Source: Octopus bimaculoides (lineage: Eukaryota). Taken from it: 33,000 nucleotides of DNA. Positions 10,197 to 22,776 of the stretch are shown piece by piece. Numbering within the stretch: position 1 is the stretch's first letter; every line of letters begins with the position of its first letter. The notes under the pieces are model-generated. The model was not told where the DNA came from. It did not search any database and worked only from the letters and a program-made list of their open reading frames with translations. The stretch lies in contig NC_068983.1 in NCBI RefSeq assembly GCF_001194135.2, positions 148,498,096-148,531,095 on the forward strand. Direction: 5' to 3'. A program made the translations under genes and the position numbers.

Positions 10197-11629
10197 GTGT
10201 GTATGTGTATACATGTATGTATGCATGTATATGCATATTATAATACGAGTAACGACTCCAACTCGTTGTTATAGTATCCATGTGGGAGGAGTGTGTACCG
10301 ACTACTGGCAACGAATCATATAATTGTATAAGTTGTTATAAGGTAACTAAACCAAATAGCCGTATTTTGATATCATTTAATACGAACGTTTCAAGTCTGC
10401 ATATATACAAATACACACACATACATATTCATAGATATACATTGAGATTTATATATATGTATATACAGAAATATATTGAGATTTTGTGTGTGTGTGTGTG
10501 CGCGTGGGTGTGTGTGTGTGCGTGTGTGTGTGTGTGCGCGCGCACGTGTGTTTGTATGTGTCTTCGTTTGTCTTTTCATCTTATTTAGAGTTGAGGGGTA
10601 AATTCGATGTGAAACTTAACTGTTTATTGCAAAGACGTATAAAAAACAAACTTTATTCAAATGTCAATAAATCAGCAGCAATTTATTATAATTGATTGCA
10701 TGCAATAACATTGTTCAAACATAAAGAATCTTTACTGCTCACGCAGGCTCTCCAATCTGCCGTTTTATTCCCATAAGAACGTAATATTTCAAGCATCAAG
10801 AATTATTAACAATAATGTTATAGGGTTAAAGGTTAGTAACGATTAAGAACTATTACATAGAATAATACTACACCAGCAACCGAGAGTTGAGCCTCTCTTG
10901 CACGCATATACATTCAATTTACTAACAGATTACCATAAATGTAACAGCGTTCACCACTTTCTGCAGGTCTCCCAAAGGAAACACTCAAAGTATGAGCACG
11001 CTTAATGATTTTTCGAAAATTATTTTTATTCAGTTTTGTATTTCATTAATTCACGTATTATTTTAATTATTTACTGGTTTTTTTTTTGGTTTTTTTTCAT
11101 TTTGCATTTTACTTCCCCCGCCATTTTATGCAACTCAAGCTATTTTTGGTCATCACGATTTTCATTTCTACATGATGTTATCTGCAAACTAATTAGCTCG
11201 GAATTAAAACTGAAATAATTCTCCTTGAAACAGCGGTAAATTTGTCAAGAGCACGAATTTACAGAATTCGTAGAAAATTACTTAACAGTNNNNNNNNNNN
11301 NNNNNNNNNNNNNNNNNNNNNNNNNNNNNNNNNNNNNNNNNNNNNNNNNNNNNNNNNNNNNNNNNNNNNNNNNATATATATACATGCATACATGTCTCAG
11401 AATATGTATGCATCGAATTCTTCATTAACTTACGTGTGCACGTAAATAGGTGTGGAAATATGCATGTAAATGATAAAGCGTTTGTGAAAAGTGTGTCTCT
11501 GTGTGTGTGTGTATGCGCACGCGTGCGTCTGTGTATATAAGTATATAGGTACAATTTATTATAGCATTAGTAGTATGAAGTTCAAAGATAATAAAGGTGG
11601 AGTTGTTTGTATCAAACTAATCAGTAATT

Positions 11630-11920
11630 GCTTCTTTCTTCGTTTCTCAATCTCATTTTTTTATCTTTCTTTTCTTGTCTTTTTACCTTTTATTTTCTTT
11701 CACTTATTCTCTTCCTTTCTATACTTATATAATTTCTCTTCATCACCACACTCTGTCCTCTTTTTTTCTTCTTTTTTTTTTTTCATTTCCTACTAGTTCA
11801 GCCTTCACGCTTTCATTTCTAATTTCTCTCCCTTCTTTCTTTTATCTTATATCTATTTCTTCCGAATTTCCATTTTCTTCAGCCCGTCTCCTTCCTTTTC
11901 ATCTTTTCGTTCTTTACATA
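11630..11920. repeat. Pyrimidine-rich (TTTC-like) low-complexity tract
   Basis: Strong T/C bias on the + strand, which produces the F/S/L-rich pseudo-ORFs. Confidence 0.85.
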
Positions 11921-12055
11921 TTAAAACACCCTAACACAATCGTCATTATCTTATTTCATTTACACTATCAAAAGAGGCACACGTACCCTTCGTTACGACA
12001 ATGCACTGGAGATAAAATCAGTGATAGTAGACTGCCGCATGTAGATTCAACTTCA

Positions 12056-12086
<31 letters not shown>

Positions 12087-12406
12087 CACGCACTATCGCA
12101 CAAGCACAAAGACGCTGGCACATGTGTAGGCGTGTACGTAGGTGTATGTAACGGCGTGTGTAAATGCGGCATATTAAAAAGCAGTATGAAGAAAGAATAA
12201 ATGCAAAGCTTTCAGCGAGCATTTCCGTTCTTCTATTTTAACCGACGTCATATATTTATTTATATTAATATTCATGTAATTGTCAGAAATACATTATACG
12301 TGTAATGAATTCATGTGTATATGCAAACATATCTATATGCGGGCATGCAGTTACATACATAGGTACGTATACGCATGCGTACATAAGAACAAACATATAT
12401 ATGAGT

Positions 12407-12465
<59 letters not shown>

Positions 12466-12489
12466 CGTGTATGTGTGTACAAATTTATA

Positions 12490-12655
12490 GGACGTATAGC
12501 TTAGTAGCTAAGGTGTTGTTCTCAAGATCGCGAGATAGCGGTTTCAATTCCTAGGTGGTGCGTTATGTTCTTGGGCAAAACAATTCATCTCACGTTGCCC
12601 TTCGATCACTTTGATACCTGACACGTGGTACACAGTGCACCTGCTCAAGCAACAT
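12490..12655 (+). mobile_element. tRNA-derived SINE fragment, family C
   Basis: ATAGCTTAGTAGCTAAGG (A box), GGTTTCAATTCC (B box), then GTTCTTGGGCAAAACAATTCATCTCACGTTG. The last block is related to GTTCTTGAGCAAAACACTTCATTTCACGTT on the reverse strand of 22531-22776. Confidence 0.7.
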
Positions 12656-13140
12656 TGTTTTATTGTAATGACAGTGCTAATGTACAGTACATACATTTGA
12701 TCATTATAGACAAATCATTTGTGCAGGTTGTTCGGAAAAAAGTGTTGAACATTCATACATCGTTTTCGCAATGTTATATATGCATAATTCTTCGTCTGTT
12801 GTATTTATATATTGTCTTGTTTGTTTCTGTCTCAGTATACATTCGCTAGCTTTTTCCCAGTAGCTTAATAATGGCACTGGCACCTCCAAGATTGAGTGGT
12901 CTCAATGATAATGGTGCGAGACCAGGATAATATTTTGGTTCATTGAGTCACGAGGAAAACCCAGCTGCCAATATTCCGTGTATCGTCTCTTTGCATATAT
13001 TCCCCGTCCATTAAGTTTTCGTCTAGTTTCTCGTTTGCTCTGCTTTCGTCTAACTTTTTCTCCTTGTTGTGTTCTGTCTGTTGAATCTTTGATATATATA
13101 TATGCATATATACAATGTGTGTGTGTGTGTGTATGAACGT

Positions 13141-13420
13141 CCACCAACTATTCTGCCTATATGTCTGTGCACACCTCTGAATGCAGTGTATGCCAGAAGG
13201 TTTGCAAATCTAACGAAGGCCTCAAAACACATTTTCAGATCCACAAAGATCAGAACTTATCTGCAGCTCTTGGTGGTCAAAAACGGATGTGCAATCTATG
13301 TGGGTGTGTTTTCAGAACATTGTCTGGTTTAAAAAAGCCACATCAGATGCCATGATGGTTCTAAGGTGTAGGTACAGGAGGTGGTTAAAATCTGCATAAG
13401 GAGTAGACAACCACCATATA
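13141..13420 (+). mobile_element. 5'-truncated LINE (RTE-like) 3' end with two C2H2 zinc fingers, one frameshift
   Basis: CSVCQKVCKSNEGLKTHFQIH, then CNLCGCVFRTLSGLK. Removing one A from the A6 run at about 13331-13336 restores KSHIRCHDGSKV*. A short UTR ends ACAACCACC(ATATAA)n. The terminal GLKSHIR motif is shared with 9850-10162. Confidence 0.75.
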
Positions 13421-13580
13421 AATATAAATAAATCGGTCGATATACAGTTAAGTTTATTTAAAAGAAAGTTGGTCGNNNNNNNNNNTATATATATATATAT
13501 ATTAATAACAGTTTACCCAGCTCTATGTAACATCAAGTTTCTAGGCTCGTAGAACGAACTTATCCGCCGCAAGAATGCAC

Positions 13581-13923
13581 AGAGTAAAATGATATGATAC
13601 AAATTCAAGATGGCTTCTATTTGTCAACCCGACATATGCGGTGTTTTTGGTCTGGAAGCGACTTCAGTTATCTTCTTTATTCTTAGGCCCAACATGATGC
13701 TGGTATGTAGCTGTCGTCACTATATCTGAATGTTACGGCATGGTTTATTTAGCGACAACAGTTCGTTGCATTTGGTGGGCAGGGAGGGTGGGTAGTTGTC
13801 GCCGAGTAAGTAGAAAATAAATTATGTCGCTTCCAGACCAAATAACAACACGTGACTTGATTTGACAAATCGTGGCCTTACATCTGGAATCCATCTTAAA
13901 CTAGTCTCATATCATTCTACTCT
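13581..13923. mobile_element. Foldback / palindromic MITE-like element
   Basis: Nested inverted matches: AGAGTAAAATGATATGA vs TCATATCATTCTACTCT; AAGATGGCTTC vs GAATCCATCTT; ATTTGTCAA vs TTGACAAAT; TTTGGTCTGGAAGCGAC vs GTCGCTTCCAGACCAAA (exact 17 bp). Confidence 0.75.
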
Positions 13924-14034
13924 CTCTAGATGCCTGACGAGATAGATTCATTGTACGAGAGTATACATATGTACATCAGTCTAATAATATTATATGTGTG
14001 TGCATGCATGCATGCATGCATGTATGTATGTATG

Positions 14035-14068
<34 letters not shown>

Positions 14069-15898
14069 TACGCGCATGCATCGATATACTGTTTCATTTT
14101 ATATACGCATGTCTTTGCCGATCACTGGCTCTAGAATCTCTTTGCCCTTGGAGAAGTATAATGCCATTATATCGATTTAGCTTTTGTTCTCGATTCATAA
14201 AAAAATATAGTTCAGTTCATACGAAGTCACCAGATCGGAAAAGGTGAATTTTCTTTGATTTCAAAACCTTTTAGCAATTCAGAGCAGTCTTCTACTATTA
14301 TCTGCTTCAAATCGGATGTCAGCTGCTGAGCTACTTACTATGCAAAGACATTTTCCGTTACCCAGAATATTACATCGTAAAAATGCAACTACTGTCCAGT
14401 TGTGCATTGAGCAAAAGGGTTGTCACTTCTCTGTCGGTACAAAAGAATTTGTCTACTACCTGACGAATCGTGTCAGTGGTCGCAGCTGTTTGTCTCACAG
14501 CACGAAGTTTACCTTCAGTGTCAGTTGCCCTTTCTTTACATGTCTCTATACATCTGTGTACATTGTTCTTCTCGGTGGTATCATCCCCTTACGCAACCTG
14601 CACGTTTCCCTCGACAAGATCTCCATGGCAACACTTCGTCTCTGTTGGAACACTTATCATATATGCAACGAAGAAGAACGTGAATAATAGCAACTATAGA
14701 GGATGAGTTACTCTGCGTATTTTAAACAAAACACGTCAAGTTATTGAAAGGATATACTCGCTTTTGCATTACTTTTGGGACAAACCAAATATATACGTAT
14801 GCCTAGCATATAAGATTTTATATATATANNNNNNNNNNNNNNNNNNNNNNNNNNNNNNNNNNNNNNNNNNNNNNNNNNNNNNNNNNATATATACATATAT
14901 ATATACATATATATATACATACATATATATACATATATATATTTATATATAGAATACATTATCTTTACATTTTATATACCACCTCAATACGTTCAAAGGT
15001 ATTTATATGTAGGCATTCATATTTCTTCATACAAATATATTTGCACACGGGTGTATCTTTGTACTTACGCACGCGCATGTAGGGGTGTGCTTGTGGTTGC
15101 GGGTAATTTCATTTTTGTGTAATGCCATAAATCCAAGAGCATTATAGCGCTCTCTGTTTAAAACATATGCATGTATATGCATTAATGCGTATATAAAACA
15201 TATATTATCATATTATCACGAATTAGATATGTTTATACTGCTCCTTGTGCATGTCTATGTATATACATATGTGTGTGTGAGAGTTCGTGCTTGTGTATGT
15301 TGGTGTGATTTGCATGCAAATATATATGTGCGTATACGGTTATGCGCGTGCGTAGGTGTGGATATATATATAGAGAGAGAGAGACACACATATACATACA
15401 CAGAAATACACACATATGCACACACACATATTAATCGTTAATGTTTTCAGCTTGCATCTCAGCTTTCGTCAATCCTCAAACCGCTATCCAACTTATTTTT
15501 ATTAACGTTCTTGTTAATATTTACATTATTTACATATTTCAAAAGAATGCCATAAAGTACATATTTACATGGGTAGCATATTATATAATATTATATTATA
15601 TTACGTATGTGCTTTGTGTGTGGGTTTCTCATGGTTACCTTTGATCCAGCATAATGGCCTTCCAATAATGCGACGAAGTGTGTGATTTCGCATCCTTCAT
15701 GCATTAACTGTTGTAAGTAATTGTACATTGTTTTCTGTGACGACCGAAACCTCGCAAGTTGGTCTTGCTTTCCGGAAGTGAAGGCTATAATCTGTAAGCA
15801 TCATTGTATTTAACAATCATACTTCAAAAACAGAGCTAATGACGTGAAAATCGGACCCGACTGGGTATCGTATATGTTCTTAATATTTTGTAGTATCA

Positions 15899-16080
15899 TG
15901 ACGGTGAGCTGGCGGAATCGTTATCACGCCGGGCGAAATGCTTAGCGGCATTTCGTCAGTTCTTACGGTCTGAGTTCAAATTTCTCCGTGGTCGAAAAAA
16001 TAAGTACCAATTAAGCAGTGAGGTTGATGTGGTCGACTTACCACCTCCTCTGAAATTGCTAGCCTTGTGCCAAAGTTTCG
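15899..16080 (+). mobile_element. tRNA-derived SINE, family A, with internal deletion
   Basis: GACGGTGAGCTGGCGGAATCGTTATCACGCCGGGCGAAATGCTTAGCGGCATTTCGTC...GAGTTCAAATTT. It lacks the CTTTGCCTTT..C..TTCGG block present in the other copies. Confidence 0.85.
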
Positions 16081-16543
16081 GGGTACTGTTGCCCTTATAT
16101 CTATACTTTTAGTATTTTTCCGAGAATAACATCTACTAAGTCTTGGAGGCCTGAATTTACTACTTGACAATTGCACCTCCTTACAGACGACCCTACAACT
16201 GGAAGCATTCTGCTGTAGGTCTCTCTTCAAAGTTTAAAATGACTGATTGATCTTCGGTGGCACTATCAGAGATAACTCCTTTGCAAGCACTTGGTACAGT
16301 AATACACCACTGCCCTCTTGTTGCTAGTTTTATAGACCTTGCAAAATTTAATGTACATTGTCTTTCTCTGTCTTATTTAGCCACGAAAATGTATGATATA
16401 ACAATTATAACTAATTATATGTTGGAAATCACAGTTTTTGTTGAAAATTATTACAAATACTTCTATCATTTGATCTTCATAATATATCAGAGTGGAACAT
16501 TTAATATAATATACAGAACACATGCACTCACAGCACACACACC

Positions 16544-16603
<60 letters not shown>

Positions 16604-17323
16604 NNNNNNNNNNNNNNNNNNNNNNNNNNNNNNNNNNNNNNNNNNNNNNNNNNNNNNNNNNNNNNNNNNNNNNNNNNNNNNNNNNNNNNNNNNNNNNNNN
16701 NNNNNNNNNNNNNNNNNNNNNNNNNNNNNNNNNNNNNNNNNNNNNNNNNNNNNNNNNNNNNNNNNNNNNNNNNNNNNNNNNNNNNNNNNNNNNNNNNNNN
16801 NNNNNNNNNNNNNNNNNNNNNNNNNNNNNNNNNNNNNNNNNNNNNNNNNNNNNNNNNNNNNNNNNNNNNNNNNNNNNNNNNNNNNNNNNNNNNNNNNNNN
16901 NNNNNNNNNNNNNNNNNNNNNNNNNNNNNNNNNNNNNNNNNNNNNNNNNNNNNNNNNNNNNNNNNNNNNNNNNNNNNNNNNNNNNNNNNNNNNNNNNNNN
17001 NNNNNNNNNNNNNNNNNNNNNNNNNNNNNNNNNNNNNNNNNNNNNNNNNNNNNNNNNNNNNNNNNNNNNNNNNNNNNNNNNNNNNNNNNNNNNNNNNNNN
17101 NNNNNNNNNNNATATATATATATATATATATATATATACACGCCCAAGGAGAGACAGAAATGAAGAACGAAAAAAGAAAGGGAAAAAGAAGAGGAAAATG
17201 CGTGTATGTATAAATATATATATATATATAAATTTGAATCGGAAATGTTAAATTTTATCGTAAAGAATACACGCACAAAATTTTATAACGTTAATTTTTA
17301 CTCTGTAGAGTTTTATCAATATA

Positions 17324-17459
17324 TTAATAATAATAATAATTATTATTATAATAATAACAACAACAACAACAACAACAAAATAATAATAACAACAACAACA
17401 AAATAATAATAATAATAATCATGATAATAATAATAATAACAATGACTATGATGGTAATA

Positions 17460-17502
<43 letters not shown>
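17324..17502. repeat. Compound trinucleotide microsatellite (AAT)n/(AAC)n ... (ATT)n
   Basis: Directly visible. Confidence 0.95.
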
Positions 17503-17505
<3 letters not shown>

Positions 17506-17913
17506 GCAGCAACCTTTATAGTCAGGAGAAATAAAGTGTATACATATAAAAGAATACTGGATTTCTACGGTTCATTAAACAATGAAATAGCTGTATTTTA
17601 TTGCACACATTAATCCGACCTTTACGTACCTGTGTTTGTAGAGTTAAACTATAAAGTATATTAGTATACATTCATAAAAGAGATAAAGGAATAACCTGAA
17701 AGCTAAACTGATAAAAATGGCGATACACGCACACACTCAAATGTGTGTGCGTGCATAGTTACATAATACATATAGTTGCAATTTGTATGTATGATGTGTG
17801 TAACACATACATATGTTTAAGGATATATGATATACATATATATTATGTTATGTACATGTATAATATAATATATATGCATATACATAATATATATATGATA
17901 TATACATGTACAC

Positions 17914-17952
<39 letters not shown>

Positions 17953-19254
17953 NNNNNNNNNNNNNNNNNNNNNNNNNNNNNNNNNNNNNNNNNNNNNNNN
18001 NNNNNNNNNNNNNNNNNNNNNNNNNNNNNNNNNNNNNNNNNNNNNNNNNNNNNNNNNNNNNNNNNNNNNNNNNNNNNNNNATATATTATATTATATTATA
18101 TTATATTATATTATCTATCACGTATATTCACTTCGCACACCGAAACGCTTACAAATGTATATGGCAGACCTGTGAAATTTTGAAATTTAAATATTCTAAC
18201 AAGTGTTAGAATATATATGGAGTAGAATGGTAAAGCACAAATATGCATTTAAAAGAAAAAGAAAACTTAAATGTTTATATAAATTAGCACGAACAAACAG
18301 AAACACTCACACAAGCATATACATATACAGAAAGACGAGAGATAGAGAGTGAGAGAGAGAGACAGACAGAGACATAGAGAATGAAATATATATTATTCTG
18401 AAGTGATATCAACAACCAAGTATTCCTAATTCCCTGTTCAATGAAAGGTAGCAATTTCCAATGTATTGATAATTCTTGTAGTGGCCTTTATAAATTTGAT
18501 TACTCCTGAATTCGTTATTTTATTCATTCAATTATATATTTCTTCCCAACTTAATCCTATTAGATGAAACACTGATAAAGACAACATAGAGAAAAAAATG
18601 GAAGCTTTTATAAAATCTATTGATTAAATCATTAGAAATTATATTGCTTTATTACGAAGGAAGTTTTATGTGTGGTTGCCTTCGTAAGATATATTAAGTG
18701 CTTCGGAGTGAAAATATGTTGTTATTGTCATTACACACCCACTCACCCAGACACATACACATATACAATATATATATACATATATATATGCACGTATGTA
18801 TGTACACTCACACACACACACACACACACGTATATATATTTCGATTCTTGATTGGCATTAATTCATTTTATATCTATATTCATGAGATTGTTTTCCAAAC
18901 TATTGATCACATCCTTCACAAAGTGAATACAGGCAACTCGAAGAATGGCGAAGGTAATGACGGTGACGCTAATGACAACGCTGACAACGGTGTTGAGGAT
19001 GAGGACGAAGGGAAGCGAACGATTAGAATGCTGTTGACAATGAGGAGTAGGGATTGCTCGTATTAGATCTGTATCTGCTCTGCCTTGAGGTCAGAGGGTG
19101 CAGACTTTGATCAAAGTCGAGCGGTGGAAAATAGTTGGCTGTAAAAAGACGTTCATAAGAGATATTATGTTTGAAGAGCGTCTTTCAAGGATTAGCAATA
19201 CAAAGTAAGTTCGACGACTGCAGCAAAGATGATCCTTACAAAAGCTAATGGAGA

Positions 19255-19334
19255 TGGTGGTAGTAGTGGTCGTGGTCGTGGACGTGCTGCTGCTGTTGGT
19301 GGTGGTGGTGGTGGTGGTGGTGGTGGTGGTGGTG
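19255..19334. repeat. (GGT)n-rich trinucleotide repeat
   Basis: Pure (GGT)n about 19297-19334 with degenerate flanks; source of the poly-Thr pseudo-ORF. Confidence 0.95.
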
Positions 19335-19822
19335 TTGGAGGCTGCCGTCATTGTCATTTTGGTAGGAGCTTTTTGTAGGTGGTGATAACGTTCGTTGTTG
19401 TGAGAATGTTAGTGATTGTGACAAGACCGGTGTTTATTCCTATTTCTAGATCTTCGTTGGTCGAATCGCCGCATTACCAATGACGTTCCCGACATGACCA
19501 TCCAACTTTTTTGTTATTTATTAAATCTCTGTACGCTAATATGCCTGCTACTTAAAAAGACAGGAGATTGCTAGAGTAGTTCCTCTCAGACTATGCGGTA
19601 ATGCTCCCGAGCATGCGGTGGACAATTTCATATGTGTACTGGGGACAAACGGGACGATAGGAAGGGAGAAATAGATTCCTCGAATTTTAAAATTTATTTT
19701 CAATTTTTATTTCGAACGCGAATCATCTGGTAATATTAGAGGTTTTGACATTGCTCATTATACTGATGGAATGACTTGAAAGTAATTTTTGAATCAACCA
19801 GTCGGAAGCGATATTTTGTAGG

Positions 19823-19881
19823 GTGTTTAATCTTGCTGAATCATACGAAAGAGTGTTTAATCTTGCTGAATCATACGAAAG
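19823..19881. repeat. Exact tandem duplication, period 30
   Basis: GTGTTTAATCTTGCTGAATCATACGAAAG occurs at 19823 and 19853. Confidence 0.95.
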
Positions 19882-21906
19882 GGGTTTTAGAAAAGTATTC
19901 CTAATAGAAAAGAGGCGATAGTTAAAAAAGTTTAAGAATCACTGGTATAAAGGCTCCAAACCTTGCTGTTAATATTATTAATGGTATTGATCTGAGTGGT
20001 GGTCATGTTGGTGGTGGCGGTGGAGGTTGGCGTTATGGCGATTGTAATGATTTGCGTGATATTGATGGGAGGGTGGTGGATGTAGAGAAATGTGCCATTC
20101 TTTGGTTGCGTTAGGGGCGTTGGTGATAATTGCTTTTTTTTTTTTTTGCATTTTTATGTGGTGGGGATGTGAGATGAACAAGAACTGCTGATTTCGCAAG
20201 AGCAGATACATCGAATAGCATGGAGAAATGAGAAAAAGAATTGAAAATATAAAAAAAAAAGGAAGAAAGAAAAAGAGGAAGGTCACAAGGTTTCAGATTG
20301 ACTGGCATAAATAATAGAAAAGACTAAGTGGTGATAATGGAAATGATTCTTTGACAAGTCAGGTAGTAGTGTATCGTAAATGGAAAAAGAAGGAAACTGA
20401 GACAGAGTGTGATTAATACGCAGATGGAAACAGCATTAACTCGAAAAGAATGCATACATACATAAATACACGTTGATAATTAAATAGTGACAAGAGGAAG
20501 GAGAAGGTTCAAGGGATTTGGGATCAAAAAGATCCTTAAGTTGCGTAGATGTCAATAAAAAGCCACAAGATCAAAAAGTGAAAAGGTTAAAAATGGTCAT
20601 TTGTACATAGCTAGCACGGTCGTGTCCAGGGCCATAATAACGAAAGCCTTTACGATTTAAAGACACCAATCGATCCTTTTAGTTTGTTATTATGTTCAGC
20701 AAAAATAATATCACGTTTAAGGGTTTAAGGTTATCAAATGAAACGATTAACAGGACAGATTTTTTTGTATGAATATGATGAAAAGGAAAAAGGAAATACA
20801 GAGAAAATGAGAGCGATGGACATGATCTTTTGTAAGGACAGAGGTCAGCCGTGAAACATTTACGAGTAAAGTTTATTTAGACTATAGATTAGGTTTAGTA
20901 AAGGATTGTTAATTTTGTACGTAGCTACCTTTTCTTAAGTGCAAACGTATGCGCACAAAAGCAAAATACATGTAGACTCACACGCATGCACAGATAGATT
21001 TCGGTGTTCAAAGAGAAGCAACAAATAGACTTGATTACTTGACTTGAGTTAATTTAGTTAAAAGGATATTTGTTACGAGTGCTATAACGAACATTGTGCG
21101 ACTGAATAAACTGCTGAAACCATTCCCTGAATATATTATAAGATCATTTGAACTCCCGCTAGATAATTCAGATACCCTTCTCAACATACATAATACTTTT
21201 TGTTGTAATTATTGTCCTCGTTGTTGCTATTGCTATGCGTCAGAATGTGAAGTAGCTGGTGCAGTACATATGGTAACAGTCCACTAGTCAAAGTATCAGC
21301 AGTTCGTATCATTTCGTCTACACTGCTTGAAGTCCATGGCCAAGGAAAATTAATCCTGAACTGCTCGCCCAACATAGCCATGCATAAGTATAACAGCATG
21401 TATTGGTATATGGAATTGAGATTTCTGTAGACAAATAATATTGATGAAGCTTTCGTTGTTTTCCATGTTTTGTTCTAGGTCAGTCTTGATTGCGCTTACT
21501 TACCTATGAATCTAACAGCTTTTTAACAAATATCGGGATGTACATTATCCGATGTACTATTACTTCATTCAAGAGAGTAGTGAGTATTTTGGACAAGATT
21601 AAGTTGATGTTTCGATATTTTTGGGTTATCCCACCTCCTTTAAAATTTGCCATTAAAAAATTGCGTTATCTGCCAACTGAAAAATCGATTTAATGTGGCG
21701 ACAAGGGATTGAATTAAGAGTTAGATACTTATGATTCAATACTTCAACACATTGTTGACGTTTGGCCGCTTCAATAGGCATTGTATGATTTATTAAAAAA
21801 ATATTATCAGATTCAAATCCCTCTTTCGTCTTTTCACTATTTATGCTTACTATTTTTTCATTCTTTTTTTTTTTTATTGAGGGTTAAACAAGTGTTTTAG
21901 TTGAAG

Positions 21907-21992
21907 GAGATAACCAAAAGTACCGATATTTCTCAGTGGGGAGGGGATAACACAATTTTTTAATGGGGGTGAGATAACCAAAAAGTACCGAT
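21907..21992. repeat. Short direct repeat GAGATAACCAAAA(A)GTACCGAT x2
   Basis: Copies at 21907-21927 and 21971-21992, with a partial GGATAAC between them. Confidence 0.85.
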
Positions 21993-22408
21993 GTTTTTAA
22001 CAAGTCGACTGTCTACGTCCGGGAATCCACGTTGGCTCGCGAGGTTTTTGTCAATTCGTAGTGTTAATTTCCGTTCGTGCTGTGAGAGAAACGCGAAATC
22101 ATCACCCCTTCTGCCAGTCGTTATATAATTTCAGCACAATAACCGAGAGGTTTTGCCGGTAGACATTCATCTAAAAAGTTAGTATCTCGCCCATTTGGCC
22201 GCCTCCTGTGCGATTCTGTGTCAGTACCTAATGAAGAAGTATAGAAACATTCTAGGAAAATACATAAAACTTGAATTTTCGTGCAAGCCTATGTATCCGA
22301 AGAAAGGAATAAGCGTCTACGTGATTAGTTGAATTGCAAGAAACTGCAACAAAATTTCACTCAAATTATACCCTGTCGTTTCGAAGTACTGTAAAGGATC
22401 TAAAACAT

Positions 22409-22776
<368 letters not shown>

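Noticed and set aside
10929-10989. TACTAACAG acceptor with a GTATGA donor 61 nt later
   Set aside because: Short and unrecognised in both open frames; expected by chance in AT-rich DNA.
12700-13090. Minus-strand peptide [21 protein letters not shown], reminiscent of the post-RT MHGQY...SW.WL motif of R4/Dong-type retroelements
   Set aside because: The spacing and downstream CCHC motif do not fit well enough to call by eye.
14316-14687. 123-aa ORF in unique, GC-balanced sequence, with a largely open antisense frame
   Set aside because: No recognisable domain or convincing splice signals. It could be an old repeat. A BLASTp/tBLASTx hit would revive it.
17324-17502. (AAT)n and (ATT)n arms able to fold back
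   Set aside because: A trivial consequence of a compound microsatellite, with no specific evidence of function.
19091-19357. Thr-rich mucin-like ORF
   Set aside because: Generated by the (GGT)n repeat; the remainder is not protein-like.
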